In this document: positions 24,101 to 36,051 of the stretch, piece by piece
Layout: the number at the start of each line of letters is the position of its first letter
Numbering within the stretch: the stretch's first letter is position 1
Origin: Mitosporidium daphniae
Taxonomy: Eukaryota
Reading direction: 5' to 3'
Assembly: GCF_000760515.2 (NCBI RefSeq)
Contig: NW_013546700.1
Coordinates: forward strand, 1-64,000
DNA length: 64,000 bases
Translations under genes and position numbers: made by a program
The notes under the pieces: generated by a model
Database searches by the model: none
What the model was told of the DNA's origin: nothing
Seen by the model: only the letters and a program-made list of their open reading frames with translations

Positions 24101-24274
24101 ACGCGTCAGTTCTTCCAGCTCCTCCACGATAAGGTCGTAAGGAGAGGAAGAAGTGAATTTGCGCAAGAACAAAAGAGGTGAGATTGGAAATATGGTGTCC
24201 CATCTGGGACTGGAATTTGTCTCAACTGTGGGCAGCCTCTTGTTGTTGCACGAGCTCCTGGGGCGCTCGTGCAT
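21149..24274 (-). CDS. Probable RNA polymerase I core factor subunit Rrn6/TAF1C (1041 aa, intronless)
   Basis: Propeller-like VLGIRTSYSVQIF and ISPRVKGDFAVL..EWSV segments, plus an SQ-rich tail ending RRSGFR, as in TAF1C/Rrn6 C-termini. Confidence 0.6.
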   Translation of the reverse strand: MHERPRSSCNNKRLPTVETNSSPRWDTIFPISPLLFLRKFTSSSPYDLIVEELEELTRANAAHSVTQCLGKPATKVPAAAKKNFLKNMTSDFQKAHRNLHISSELLASFLEEENIFGKTVTLPLVADGPTTEPLFPPETKELPLPETSMLPPPCYSIFSKHTIRAVVMETAFKDFANHQDLSLQFLLVIKGTSNTELWALRAEHVGPVVDRISKRPFSLIDPLLIPRVSFMEGSSQTNMHSEKSTLLWKETAQPIMEISRAPSTCSVPVLGIRTSYSVQIFSIPTKISKWNSLLWWSNNGRITPDVINEYIAIKMQKDPRCSLLSLKISPRVKGDFAVLCSDLTIIEWSVGDGGDKSRLHSYDLCHLVVNKKETELIPIIFEYSLQEGRFWIAIGECFLLLKCDQQAEVIGKISEGVPFLFLPPLGEVIRGDTDATAGASSVPGILSISNEKVFVDQLVSFPTFSEWRTTHCWSLDYLTGTSHEHRHTSVRLFHLSVDFFGIVIWDKASQEIQLAILPTTEFSSAPSKVAIRIPAVKSGVGWGFRNGSAVSTALPVCFTTTQRNAFLVDVAPLCFPGNGYVDVHFLQYYSDHEIYLISYRWLSHTNSSSISLPTPFPGASFEDLQRSLSAVPRYTFELPFEGFKQWSYRSAFKVGLSKSNFRKKHTVVGIFSWFKLFLLLTLGGNFTGDQSYGTSLHSFQDDMPREDFVEFIKSDLVAILQDLGTSKSSPISDTSETMVESSRKPFIACCSLNELRQRVMRSQLKRISRPQKRCTFYLLYSLLDEVWPQLLSLIRQFREITSRNDPIIKFKLSHIAYLLTEHQTKQQSAADKDGDLHAMRRAFLKLVGLPDTISLTPTFEGCKDRTSSAISLAAVTDSLFFSLSEITRKEFSQSADRSALSLELSETEKLKMHCEEKLAMGTTIQTELSDLWEHQMLRTVAEREIPDDPNLLKIRNIFRRQDLFCFSQTSKEPSSQSLTTQQDPLLQNLIFSSQESYASSQLFPTPFSSQPGLRFLSHSQKSLPLTRPAIVPRTNRRSGFR

Positions 24275-24523
24275 AGACTGAATTGAAAGTTTATAAAATT
24301 AAATTAGGGTTACATTTATTGAGGTACACTATACCATCCCGGCCGGCCGGAGCCCCGATTAATACAGCCAGGGTAGCGTTCGGAGCGTACATTTTGCAGA
24401 ACTCGGTTCGATGATGCCGCAAAACGAGTAGCCGCACCAGTAAATTATTTCTTTTGAGTCTGACTTAATTTATTAAATTTAGGGTTGGAAGATCTGTTTA
24501 ATTCCAATTGTATCTTGCTTGCC

Positions 24524-24823
24524 ATGTCAGCTCGTGTCCCTCCTGGAGACAAGTCGGCCATCCATCGACGGCTGGTAGAGCTTTCGGACTCGCTTCTCAA
24601 CACCATGCATCGAACTCAGAAGGTAATAAAAGACGATCTCGACCGGCTAAAGAAATCAGAGTTCCACATAGAGAGCCGCATCTCGAGCGTCTCAAAGGAA
24701 GAAACCCTAATTAAGGCTTTCAACGAGCAGACTCGATATGGAACATTTTATGTCTGGATTGTCTTGATAATTTGTACACTTTTATTTTTCTTTGTCATTT
24801 TTTTCATCAGGGCCATTGGCTGA
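24524..24823 (+). CDS. USE1: Minimal Use1-like Qc-SNARE (99 aa, tail-anchored)
   Basis: LVELSDSLLNT..QKVIKDD SNARE motif and C-terminal TM ending FFIR. Confidence 0.7.
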   Translation: MSARVPPGDKSAIHRRLVELSDSLLNTMHRTQKVIKDDLDRLKKSEFHIESRISSVSKEETLIKAFNEQTRYGTFYVWIVLIICTLLFFFVIFFIRAIG

Positions 24824-25042
24824 GTAATGAAGTAAAGTCTGCAAAATCACACCCAAAGCGACCCCCCCCCTCCATTTAATCCAACAATCCCATCCGGCCA
24901 TTTAAATTCGGGGTTTCAGGCAATGGAAACCGAATTTTTATTATTTACGTACCATAGTGGCATGACATTTGTGGCCAGAAAATAAGCTATCCAAGTGACG
25001 TTAGGACAAAGGATGTTGGTGCCTGGCGGCACTAGAGGCGTG

Positions 25043-26124
25043 TTATTCTTTGGCATGTCGCTCCCAGAAATATTCGATTTCATCAAAGAATTTAGTAAAG
25101 GACGAAAGATGGGAAAAGGCCTCAACCATACCAGAGCTATACATAAATTCAAGAAGATCAGAAATGTATGCAGGCTGTTCATCTTCAGCATTGACAGATG
25201 ATTGATCCTGAGCATTGACAGATGATTGATCCTGAGCATTGACAGATGATTGATCCTGAGCATTGACGGACAATTCGCCCTTTTCAATGATCGAAATCAT
25301 GACAAAAAATTTGGCAATAGCCCTGGGGATGATCAGATTTTCAGAAATGGAGGCTGGATTTTGGCGTGGGCTCCAATTGCAGCGCTCGGTGACGCGCTTC
25401 CATATTTTGGAGGCGAGCCAGATGGCATTAAATGAAATGGCAGCGAGGGCCATGATCCAGTTATTTCTTTCTACTTCGCTAATTTTTTGGACTTTGTTGA
25501 CAGGTAACTCTGGTATCGCTGGCGTGATCAGAATATCACTCGTAGTCTCCGTACTATTGATTGACTTTTGTCCAATCTGGATTGCAGGGGAGGCGCCAGG
25601 CATTCTTACAATCGGACATGGAAGGCGAGAAGAGGAATTATCGTGAAAAGATGCTGAAGAGGGTGGTGGTGGTGAAAGGATCCTCTTGTGGAAAACGTCA
25701 AGAATGGTCAAAAAAATTGAGAGCAGGGCATTGGTCTGTTCGTATGGTAGCCCTGCAAATATAAAATGGGGTGACTTACTGTAAATGTCCCCATCTTCGG
25801 GAATGAAAAGATTTGCTACTTTGATGATGGAGCCGCAATGCTCAATTTGATACAAGGAGCAGAGGCTCTTAATTGAGGGCTGAGTAAATATGTTCCATCT
25901 GATCCGTTCAAGCGAAATTAGTCTTGGCCTAAGCTCTGCAATTTCATCCGATATTTTTGCAGTGTTCATGCTGCATTCCTCAAGAATTTGTGCGAGGAGT
26001 CCCCTCAGGCATTCCCTTCGAGCTGACAGAGACATGCAGTCCAAGCAAAATCGGGATAAAAGCAGTGCGGTCTGCACACATAACTACTAACCATAACCCT
26101 AGCCATTCGACAGCTTGCCCACAT
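25043..26124 (-). CDS. Possible Atg14/UVRAG-family protein; start and first intron inferred
   Basis: N-terminal FCLDC, coiled coil, then VANLFIP, TNALLSIFLTIL..LPCPI and ALAAISFNAIWLA, resembling the Atg14/Vps38 C-terminal domain. Confidence 0.45.
25187..25267 (-). repeat. Coding 24-bp tandem repeat x3.4 (SVNAQDQS)
   Basis: agcattgacagatgattgatcctg repeated. Confidence 0.92.
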
Positions 26125-26411
26125 TTGCGATTCGTAATGTAATGTTTATTGGATTTTATATTTTTGCAAAAGGAATGCAAAATTGGGGCTCTAAATGCCT
26201 TTTTAGATTCTTATTGATAGTTAAATTGACGCCTTTTGATTTAGGCCTTTTTGCGGGATCACGAGTCAAGAGTATAAAAAATCGCGTGGTCATTATTATT
26301 TTGCATGCTACCCATATTTATCTCATTAAAACGCTGAGAAACTTCAGAAATCACTTCGGAAAAGTAAAATACCCAGGGCCAAATATATACTAAAGCATTA
26401 AAACCTACAAA

Positions 26412-27047
26412 TCAATTACCTTTTATATTATCCCAGAAGAAATAGATAACCAAAATCAGCAAAATCGAAATCGTAACGAAAAAAGGGTGTTTAATTATTC
26501 TGAAAATCGTTCCAAAAATCACATAAACAAATGAAAGAATCGAGTTTCTGGGTGCTGCGCTAATACCAGATGATAGCCCGAAAACACTAGGCAACTTGAA
26601 AATTCCGGAAAAGCCAAAGAGGGTATGTAAAATAAACAACCCCATGAGAGTCAACCCGATAAGAACCCCGGTGATTATAGGCATACCTTTTATACGGCTT
26701 TTGCCCGCTAACGCTTCATGCGCGCTGATTGATGACATATCTTCTGAATTAAATACCTTGGGTTTGATGGTTGCTGAAGTGCTAGATTCGGTATTATTGG
26801 TGATACTAGATTTTTGGGTTAGCATGTCTGCGTCTGGAGCTTTTTTCCTTCCAAGGGAGAAAACTACAATGCCAACAATAAGCAAAATGACCAAAATGGC
26901 GGAAACCGAGGTGATGATCAGTGACCTCTTGGATGCGAATAGCTTTCGAGGATTCATGTTGAATGGGAATAACTTTCGAGGATCCATGTTGGATGGGAAT
27001 AAGTTTCGAAGATTGATGTTGGATGAGAATAACTGTCGAGGATTCAT
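26412..27047 (-). CDS. Orphan membrane protein with four N-terminal 10-aa repeats and about 3-4 hydrophobic helices
   Basis: MNPRQLFSSN/INLRNLFPSN/MDPRKLFPFN/MNPRKLFASK followed by hydrophobic segments; intronless, AT-rich flanks. Confidence 0.7.
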   Translation of the reverse strand: MNPRQLFSSNINLRNLFPSNMDPRKLFPFNMNPRKLFASKRSLIITSVSAILVILLIVGIVVFSLGRKKAPDADMLTQKSSITNNTESSTSATIKPKVFNSEDMSSISAHEALAGKSRIKGMPIITGVLIGLTLMGLFILHTLFGFSGIFKLPSVFGLSSGISAAPRNSILSFVYVIFGTIFRIIKHPFFVTISILLILVIYFFWDNIKGN

Positions 27048-27482
27048 GTTAGAATGCAACTTGAAAATTCTTGAAAACAGGCCTTACATAAAGACCCATG
27101 CAATTGCATTGATTGGTGCGAATTATTCTAATTAGAAGATCAAAATTTAATTATTTCATCGAATCATGACATTTGAGAATTGGGGTTTATTTATGGCTCT
27201 GTAAACTCTATAATTTGGAAAGCAATTTATTTATCAAGGCATCTACCAATAGTAGCGCTGGTATGTGGCAAATAAATGGCATAGCAATCGATACACACAT
27301 ACCCTTCTTAATACAGACATTCATATCGGTAAGAGATTCGGGACCACGCTTGACGTCTTGGAACAAAACTAAACCTTGAAATGCGGTCACGTATGAAATC
27401 CGGTAACTTGTGTTACAAAATGTAGGTAGCTTTAAAATAGGATGTAAAATAAAATATCGGATACATATGTTTTTATATATTT

Positions 27483-28846
27483 CTAAGAAAGTAACAGAAT
27501 GACCGAGGAAAACGAGCAAAGAAGGAAAACCAGAATGCCAAATACACCCAATATGCCCGCAATAATGCGTAGCGGCGTTTTTGGCGTGACCTTTCCGCTA
27601 CGCGTCATCATCAAGTAGAATGTGGCGGGAAGGATGTAGCAAATGACAGACGACGAGAATGCTCCAACAAAACTTAGAACAACAATAAATGACGGCTGGA
27701 GCAGCGCAGTTCCCACCGTCATCAGCAAAAAAAAAGAGTCAGACAAAGCCTGGTGACAAACTCATTTCTTTCTCTCGTTGTCAAAAGGGACATTAGCTTT
27801 ATAGCAGAAGCTCGATATGGAAGCACCTGCAGCGGATATGAGAAAGAAATCAACGTAGCGTAGAAAATCCGGGCAAGTTGGTATGGGATCGAATCGACGG
27901 GATACCATGTGAGTAGGGTTCCTGGCTCTGTGTTAAACTTGTCGAAAAACGAATACAACGAGCTGAACGAAAAAACAAGATACAAACTCAGGGCCACGCC
28001 GATTGCGACTCCACACATGGTTGCCATTGAGGAGACCTTGTTGTTTTTCGTTTCATTAAATAGGGTGAATATAATTTGGTGGCAAGAAAAAGCAAAAACG
28101 GCTGTCCCAAAAAAGCCGATGTTCTTAAGGGTGATCGGATATGCCCAAGAAAGCTTGTCAAATAACGCCCAGATGGAGGCAGAATTTCCGCTCGGTGGCG
28201 GAAGCGCCCAAATTCCATACACCGAAAGAAGGACCAAGTAAATGGTTGCCGCGATTCCAAACGCCGATGTAAATTGAAGTCTCTTGGAGGTCTTCAACAT
28301 AGAAAGGGGGAACAGGATAAATGTGCCCATAAATAGCATCCATATCCTAGCATCTGCCAGAACATGCCCCTCGGAAAGATGAAGCCCCCACATTGCGACC
28401 TTGCTACATGTTGATCCAATAATCATCACATAGGATAGGGAAACGCCGATGGCTTTTGTCACGATGCAGATATCCAATATATGCCCTGCCAAAGGAAGTG
28501 TCGATTCTGCGAGCGAAGACGGCGACGAAGTGCGTCCAATATACGAGGCACATTCCAAATAAAGGTAAAGACCGGTGAAGGATGCTATTGCGGCGATCAG
28601 CAAAATCAACGGGCCCAAAAGATATCCAAACGAGAAAATTATGCACGGTAGACTGATGATAGCAGCCCCGATGGTGATTTTGATCAAGTTGAGGCCGGAT
28701 CCGAAAAGTGTGGCGGTGGCTCTGCGTTCAAGCTCATCGTATTTGGACATGGAAGCTGTATCCATGTGAGCGGATTCGATTGTGGGAATCGAATTGAGAT
28801 GTTGATCCATCACGGAGATTCCCTTAAGATTATGGAAACTTGACAT
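27483..28846 (-). CDS. Amino acid/auxin permease (AVT/SLC38-like) transporter, 1 intron
   Basis: NLIKITIGAAIISLP, VFAFSCHQ, SYPLQVLPYR and VGAFSSSVICYILP; multiple TM helices. Confidence 0.92.
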
Positions 28847-28979
28847 TTACTGCCAAACCGATGAATATGATCTTAATTAGGGCCCCAGAATTAACAGTTA
28901 AAAATAACTTTTTTACATTTAAGTCTCTAAATTTAAAGTATGAATCATCGCACAAATAATCTCGGATTTAATTAATTAA

Positions 28980-30843
28980 TTAATAAATAGTGGGGAGATA
29001 CATCTGCATCGAGCCATCATTCGAGCCAAGATATATCCAAGGAAAAGACGGATGGAATGCAAGTGAATTGAGGGCGACCGACTTTCCCAGTGGCGTGACG
29101 GGCTTCAAAATCTTGACAGGCACCACAAGGGGATTTTGAAGCGAAGAATCGTCAAATACCTTTGCATAGCAAATGTGTGCATTTCCGTCGTCGCTGCAGC
29201 TGGCAAAGAGCGGGTATTTTTGGTGGTATGAAAGCGCACGGACCCCATCCTTGTGATATCTATGCAAGTAACGCAATGAAAATGCTACCTGAGCGTCTTG
29301 TAAGCATTGGAGAGTTCCATGTCAAACCAAGAGACACGGCAGTCAAGGGAGCCAACGATCACATGTTCGCCATGCGGGTGTACGCTCATGCAAGAGACGT
29401 TTTGAAGCCCCTTCATATCAATTCTCTTTTGTACAAGCTGTTTAGAAAGATCATAGGACCTGATTGCCCGTTGGGTAACCAAGAAAAAGTATGGTTTTGT
29501 TGGATGGAAGGCCGCATCGACAGCAGTTCCATCAATTTTTTTAAATGGAAGCTGGAAGCTGGCTTTTGAAAGCTGGTGGATGATAATGGCACTGTTGTTG
29601 GCTAAAAATTAGCTAAGCAAATGATAAGGGGGTACCCTTTGGTGCCACTGAGGCCAAGTAGTCTCCTTTCCGATGCCAGGCAAGCCGTGTGATCGCATGC
29701 GAATTGATGGCGAACGAAACGACCTCTAAAGGAATTTCCTTTCCCAAAGAAATGAGTCTTTTCTGAATCCAAGATTCGTTCTTTTGCAACGCATTGAACA
29801 AATTTCCAATCAGCGATTGCTGAACAGAAGACCCAATAAACAGATTCAAAAGAATTAATTTTGATCCGCAGGAAATAGCAGCAAGAGAACCCAACTGGGC
29901 TGTTGGATTCCATGCAATTGAAGAAACCGGATCTTCGCCCTCGCTTATCAGCCATTTGGCATATGTTTTTCCAAAAATCACGTCCGAAAGGGTCAACGAA
30001 CCATCCGCAAAGCCTGCAAGAAGCCAATGGCCTGTTGCGTCAATTGCCATCGAAGTGATGGGTGAAGAAGTCGGGTAAGTTGTAGCATCAAGCTTCAAAC
30101 CAAGCACATTTGGATATGGACGGAGATCAGAAAGCTCTGGAAGCTTAGGAAGCATGCTTTCAGGGTCAATATTCAAACGGGACTTCTTTGCTCTTGGGCA
30201 AAGATATAAATCAAGGCAGCGGGAAAATCGTTCTTGCATTGCATATGGGTATCCCGGGACGTGTCTCAATGAAGAGTAGCTGAAAATAAGCAACAAAATC
30301 TTACCTGGTAGGAATCCATTTTCGAGAAGGCTTTCCAGAGGCAACCGATTTTTCAAAATGCTCTTTGACGGAAGACGTGGCAAGGTACTCTGGCAACGGC
30401 CTATAAGACTCGCGATGCCCTGGCAAAGTGATTTTAGGTGCAGCAATATGGGAATGGATGGATGGCGAATCAGACACAGAGGACGACCACAAGTCGAAAA
30501 ACACATCAGTTTCCGTGCACTCCTCTGGCTGTCGCTTGATCCATCCCTGTCGGATTGCATGCACAAGTTTCTTGACTTTTTTGGCTTCATGTGCAGAGGG
30601 CAAAAAGCCTCTTTTGGGCGGGTTCGTATTCAACGCAACTGGCACATGCTGAACGGTGCCGGTAAAAAAATCTATGGATGGGGCAAAGGGATCGAAATGT
30701 ATATCGGCCGTGGTTCCCTCAAAAAGCGCGGTTATGATCTCCAGCTCTTCCCGAGTGAGGGGCTCGCCATCTGGAGCAATGGTCCGCCATGCACTTGGAT
30801 TGTCCACGGAGGAGAGAAAGGCATCCAGGGATGTTGCTTGCAT
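28980..30843 (-). CDS. ERB1: Ribosome biogenesis protein Erb1/BOP1, several introns
   Basis: [49 protein letters not shown] and [11 protein letters not shown]. Confidence 0.97.
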
Positions 30844-30900
30844 TTGAAATGGAATTTGAAATTTAAAATCAAAATTCTTATTCAATTTATTAATTGCATC
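30844..30900. promoter_or_regulatory. 57-bp AT-rich bidirectional promoter between ERB1 and the proteasome alpha4 gene
   Basis: Divergent ATGs at 30843 and 30901 with AAATTT/AATTT motifs between them. Confidence 0.65.
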
Positions 30901-31775
30901 ATGAGTTATGATCGAGCACTGACTATTTTCTCTCCCGATGGACATTTATTCCAGGTCGAATATGCCATGGAGGCTGTCAACAAGGGATCAACTGCAGTAT
31001 TTTCTATTTCGTTACCCATGTCTAGGTTGCTGTTCGCGGCGCAGATTCGCTAGCAATCGCAGTGGAGAAGAAGTCTGCACACAAATTGCAAGATCCGAGA
31101 ACAATTCGAAAAATCTATTCTTTGGATAGTCACATTTTCTTCACATTTGCCGGTATTGCCGCTATAAATTAATCCAATGCTCAACGTAGGATTGAACGCA
31201 GATGCCCGTGTTTTGGTTGACCATGCTCGTGTTGAGTGCCAGAGCCACAGATTGACATTCGAGGATCCGCCAACGGTAGAGTATGTTGCCCGGTACATAT
31301 CCTCTCTGCAACAAGTAAAATGAGCCACTAACGGTAGAAATATACGCAGCGAGGAGGCGCCCGTCCATTTGGCGTGTCCGGCCTGCTGGTTGGCATTGAT
31401 CCCGATGGTACTCCGCGTTTGTATTTGACAGAGCCATCTGGAACGCACACAGAATGGACAGCAAATGCTGTTGGAAAAAATTCTTCCACCGTAAAAGAAT
31501 TTCTAGAAAAAAACTACGACAAAATGATGGAAAATATGGAGAACGCCGAAGGTGCAGAAGAAACAATATCTCATTCCTCCACAGCCCACTTGGCTATTCG
31601 CTCTTTACTCGAGGTTGTGCAAACAGGTGCATCTTCGATCGATGTAGCTATTCTTACAAAAGAACCATCCATCGCCTTTCTTTCCGCTGCAACCATCGAA
31701 TCGATTATCCAGTCAATCGAGAAGGAAAAAGAGGCCGAAATGGAGAGAAAGAGAAGGCCTCTGATCCNACCCTAA
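30901..31775 (+). CDS. PRE6: 20S proteasome subunit alpha4 (PSMA7/Pre6), 3 introns
   Basis: [42 protein letters not shown] and LLEVVQTG. Confidence 0.97.
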
Positions 31776-32333
<558 letters not shown>

Positions 32334-32562
32334 TATTTGATAATAAAACTTGAGCTCAATGATGACGAGATGCCTCCATCTCTAGTTGCGCTTTTCACCC
32401 CCTTTCCGTAGCATCTCAATTTTTCCATAGGAATTTTTATCGGCCCCGTCTTATCGCTACTGCCCTGATATATATTTTGCGTGCCCGCCTCCCTCCCGGC
32501 CTTTGGTAGCCTGCGTCCGAGTCCCTCGCTTGCGTGCTGCATTTATCGTGATTTTTTCCAAT

Positions 32563-32619
32563 ATAATTTCAGCTAGAACCCGATTTTTCCTAGCATAATT
32601 TCAGCTAGAACCCGATTTT
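32563..32619. repeat. 25-bp direct repeat x2 upstream of LSM14
   Basis: ataatttcagctagaacccgatttt at 32563 and 32595. Confidence 0.9.
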
Positions 32620-32667
32620 GGCAACTTGAAATCAAATCATTTCTGTGTTTCAAATTTTAATTTTAAG

Positions 32668-33903
32668 ATGTCCACGGCTGCCAAGTACATTGGCTCTCGC
32701 ATCAGCCTTATAACCAAGTCCCAAATTCGATACGAGGGTATTCTATTTGCGCTAGACCATGAAGCATGCTCCGTATCCATAGAACAGGGTTAGTATGGCA
32801 GATTGCATTCAAATATTGCTTTCTTGGTTTGAGTAAATTTATTTCTAGTTAAATGCCTGGGAACGGAGGGCAGAAACAACGGTATTCGCGAAATAGCACC
32901 ATCCCCAACCATTTACGAGATGATTGTTTTTCGCGCCTCCGACATTATCGAGCTAAAAATTATCAACGCTAGCCCGGTGGTGGATCCAGCCATCCTGTCA
33001 TCGTCGTCAACCCCAAGTCGCCCTGGCTCGGGAGGTAGCAATGATGCCACTGGCAATAAAGCCGGTCCTGGCACGAAGGCAGCTATCTCTAACCCAACTG
33101 AAAAGGACAAACCCATGATTTCAACGATGCCAACGATGACCAAAATTAGCCACTTCTCAGCAGAGTCGACAAAGGCATCAAATGTAACTACACAAGCAAG
33201 CAACAAATCGAGCGTTTCGCCATCGATTGAAAGAAAAGAAAAGCCAATCGGCAAGACAGCAACTGTAGTCCCTCTATCGACCGAGGAGTCTAATCAAAAA
33301 CTGCTGAGCACCTCAACATCTTCGGTTACCATTATTGATCCAGCGCCTTTGTCCAAGGCTAGCGAATTAAAGCCAGCAAGGACATACGAGCCCATAGGCC
33401 AAAAGACAGAAGGAAATGACATTCGGCCATTTTCTTCTTCCACGGGCACTTCAAACCCCCCACCTATGCAGCATGCAAAACCACATCCTGTGACGACCCC
33501 AAAGGTCCATGAAAATAAAAGGGTACCAAGAGAGAGAAAAGCTGGGTTCCCTCGAGAATTCGATATGGATCGCGCAAACCGTCGATTTGAAAATATTCTC
33601 GCAAAAGATGGGCTTCCTGAGCCCCAAATGCAATCTACATGCTATGACTCGAATGCATCTTTTTTCGATTCGCTTACATCTACCGATTTATCGTCCACTG
33701 GTGGTTCAGCAAATAAATCGTCGGCTAGGAAAGACATCCGTTTGAACGTAGAAACATTTGGGACTGTAGCTTATAGCACAAAACCCTCCTACTATCAGAA
33801 GACCCCTTCAAAAGGCCACAAAAACACACGCAAGTACCCAGGAAAGGGTTCTGGTACTGGAAGCCAACCCCAATTTCGACTCTCTTCATCTTCATCAGCT
33901 TAA
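32668..33903 (+). CDS. SCD6: Lsm14/Scd6 mRNA decapping activator, one 60-nt intron (32789-32848)
   Basis: YIGSRISLITKSQIRYEGIL..GTEGR..IVFRASDI LSm domain, an FDF-like motif (FDM), and FFD and TFG motifs. Confidence 0.93.
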
Positions 33904-34058
33904 TAAAGTTTATCTCACTCCGTATTTGGGCCGGCAAACCTACACATATCCGCAGTGGCTCAACTAAAGGAGCCAAGGGCACGTAAGCGTATATCCAAAA
34001 GAGGATATTCATCATTTAATTTAAAAGCTAACAGGCAACAAGTGCATCCAAATAGAAC

Positions 34059-35911
34059 CTAGTCGAATTCTGGGCAATGATCATTCCCCAACACTAGACA
34101 AGATTCATCGCCAACGTCAGAGTGATATATGACATCTGTCTAAGAAGAAAGAACGTCAAAATAGGCCTACAATTTCAGCTTGGGGTCCATGTAATCTCCA
34201 TAGAGAGTCGAGAAGATTAACAGCCGCTACATGTAAAAGTAAATTGCATCTTACGAGGGGAGATGGCCATGTTTCGGGCTTGTAAAGCAATGTCTCTAAC
34301 GGCAGCAAACGGAGATGCACGTTGCAATGTATTGGCATCTAAGTGCAAATATGAACCTATGATGATGGCCGTGCAAAAACCTGTTGGTGGAAATATCGTT
34401 GGAATATTGAGCTCCAACTCGATTTGCTTTTGCAAAATTTCCCTGTTGAAAAAAGTAAGAACACGTGGCGTACATTCCATTGCGGCCGCCATGTACCAAC
34501 ATAACCCTGCTTGGCTGGCATTGTTTTATCAGAGACAGAATGCCTTTTCCATCGGCATGCAGAGAAAACGAAAGATTCTGCACCTGGATGTTGACCGAAA
34601 GCTGACTTTCACCATCTGGCAGTTTAATCTACATGCATGAAGGCCACCATAAAGCTACCAATTTAGACCCAGAAAGCAATTGGGCCGCAATTGAGCCTGG
34701 CTGTGCATAGCCGGGAAGCAGCACCAAATTCCGTTCATCTGAAGCCCATTTTTTAAATACCTCATAGGAGGCTCCTGTATGGTTAAAAGGACAGTCTGCA
34801 TACCTGACTGAAGAGATCCCGGAGATGCAAAGAGGAGCATGGGGCCCTCTAGCTCGGCAAACTGCATGTCAAAGGGACGAATAAACTTGAAATCGAATGG
34901 GTTCCCCATACCCTCTGATTGCATCCATTCTGGAAAGATCCGATAAATTGCATTTGCCCTCTCTGTAAGACCAGCATTGAAAAAAACTGGAATAGATTGG
35001 AGCCCCATTCTTTCCCAATACGATTCCACCACAAGGCAAAGCTCTTGCGCACGACCAAGCGCAAAAACTGGAATGAGAACTTTGCCTCCTCTGTTTAAAG
35101 CCTTTACTTGATAGGACATCATCAATTAATTACCTGGTGGATTTTAAACAAAAAGTCGCGTTCCCTTGATCGGCGTGTATCTCGAAGAAGCGTGGAGTAA
35201 GTGGATTCTGTGATCATCAAATCGGGATGCAATCGATCGATGAATGCCGCACCAAGGTGTCTATCGGCGATGCTATTGAAATCGCCGGTATAAACGACGG
35301 AAGACGTGCCGGTGTGTATGTGAAACATGACAGCGCCGAGGACCTTTCAAAGTTTGTAAAAACAAGTGCACTTACATGCCCGGCATAGTATGTGCGAACA
35401 TAAAGATCTTCGGCAAGCGGCAAAGTTTCATTGAGATTCAAGACAATTACTATTGGGAAAAGATCAAGCCGAACCTTTGTTGATGCAATTCCAAATCATC
35501 TCAGACGAATACGAATGCTCCTCGTCCTTTTCAATCAGCTTTCTGCAATCCTCTAGCAACAGCGGTGCTATGGCCTTTGTTGGTCGCTGAAATAAGAGAA
35601 AATCGGTACCGTCATAATTACGGGAACGGCGTATCCAAGCTTTTCAGTAAAATAGGGAAGAGCCCCGCAATGATCAAGATGGCTGGGAGGGAGTTAGAAA
35701 TAGCGCAAAATTACAAATGAGAAATGAACAAAAAATCGATCTTCAGCGAATGCTTTGAAAGCAGAGAAAAGTCGGGGAATCTTCGTGAATCGGTGTATTT
35801 CATATGTATACCGCAATCAAACATCAGAGTGTATTTGTTGTCAACTCTGACTACAATGCAACTTTTCCCGACATCCTGTCCAGCTCCAAGCACCAGGACA
35901 TCCAGTGACAT
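34059..35911 (-). CDS. INTS11: Integrator subunit 11 / CPSF73-like beta-CASP nuclease, many introns
   Basis: [69 protein letters not shown] and VMLVHG. Confidence 0.92.
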
Positions 35912-36051
35912 TAGGTGACGTTTTAGACCGGAAGTTGTCCAATTCAATAATTTGCAGGCAAACTCGACGGCAAACCATGTAATTAGGGTTGGGAATAAAA
36001 TTTCATACCAGCCCCACAAAGCTCGTTTCAACGGACCGGAATTTATTTGCA

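Noticed and set aside
24320..24445. GC-rich intergenic stretch as RNase P/MRP RNA, tRNA or snRNA
   Set aside because: No cloverleaf or conserved snRNA/RNase P motifs recognised; more simply the core of a bidirectional promoter.
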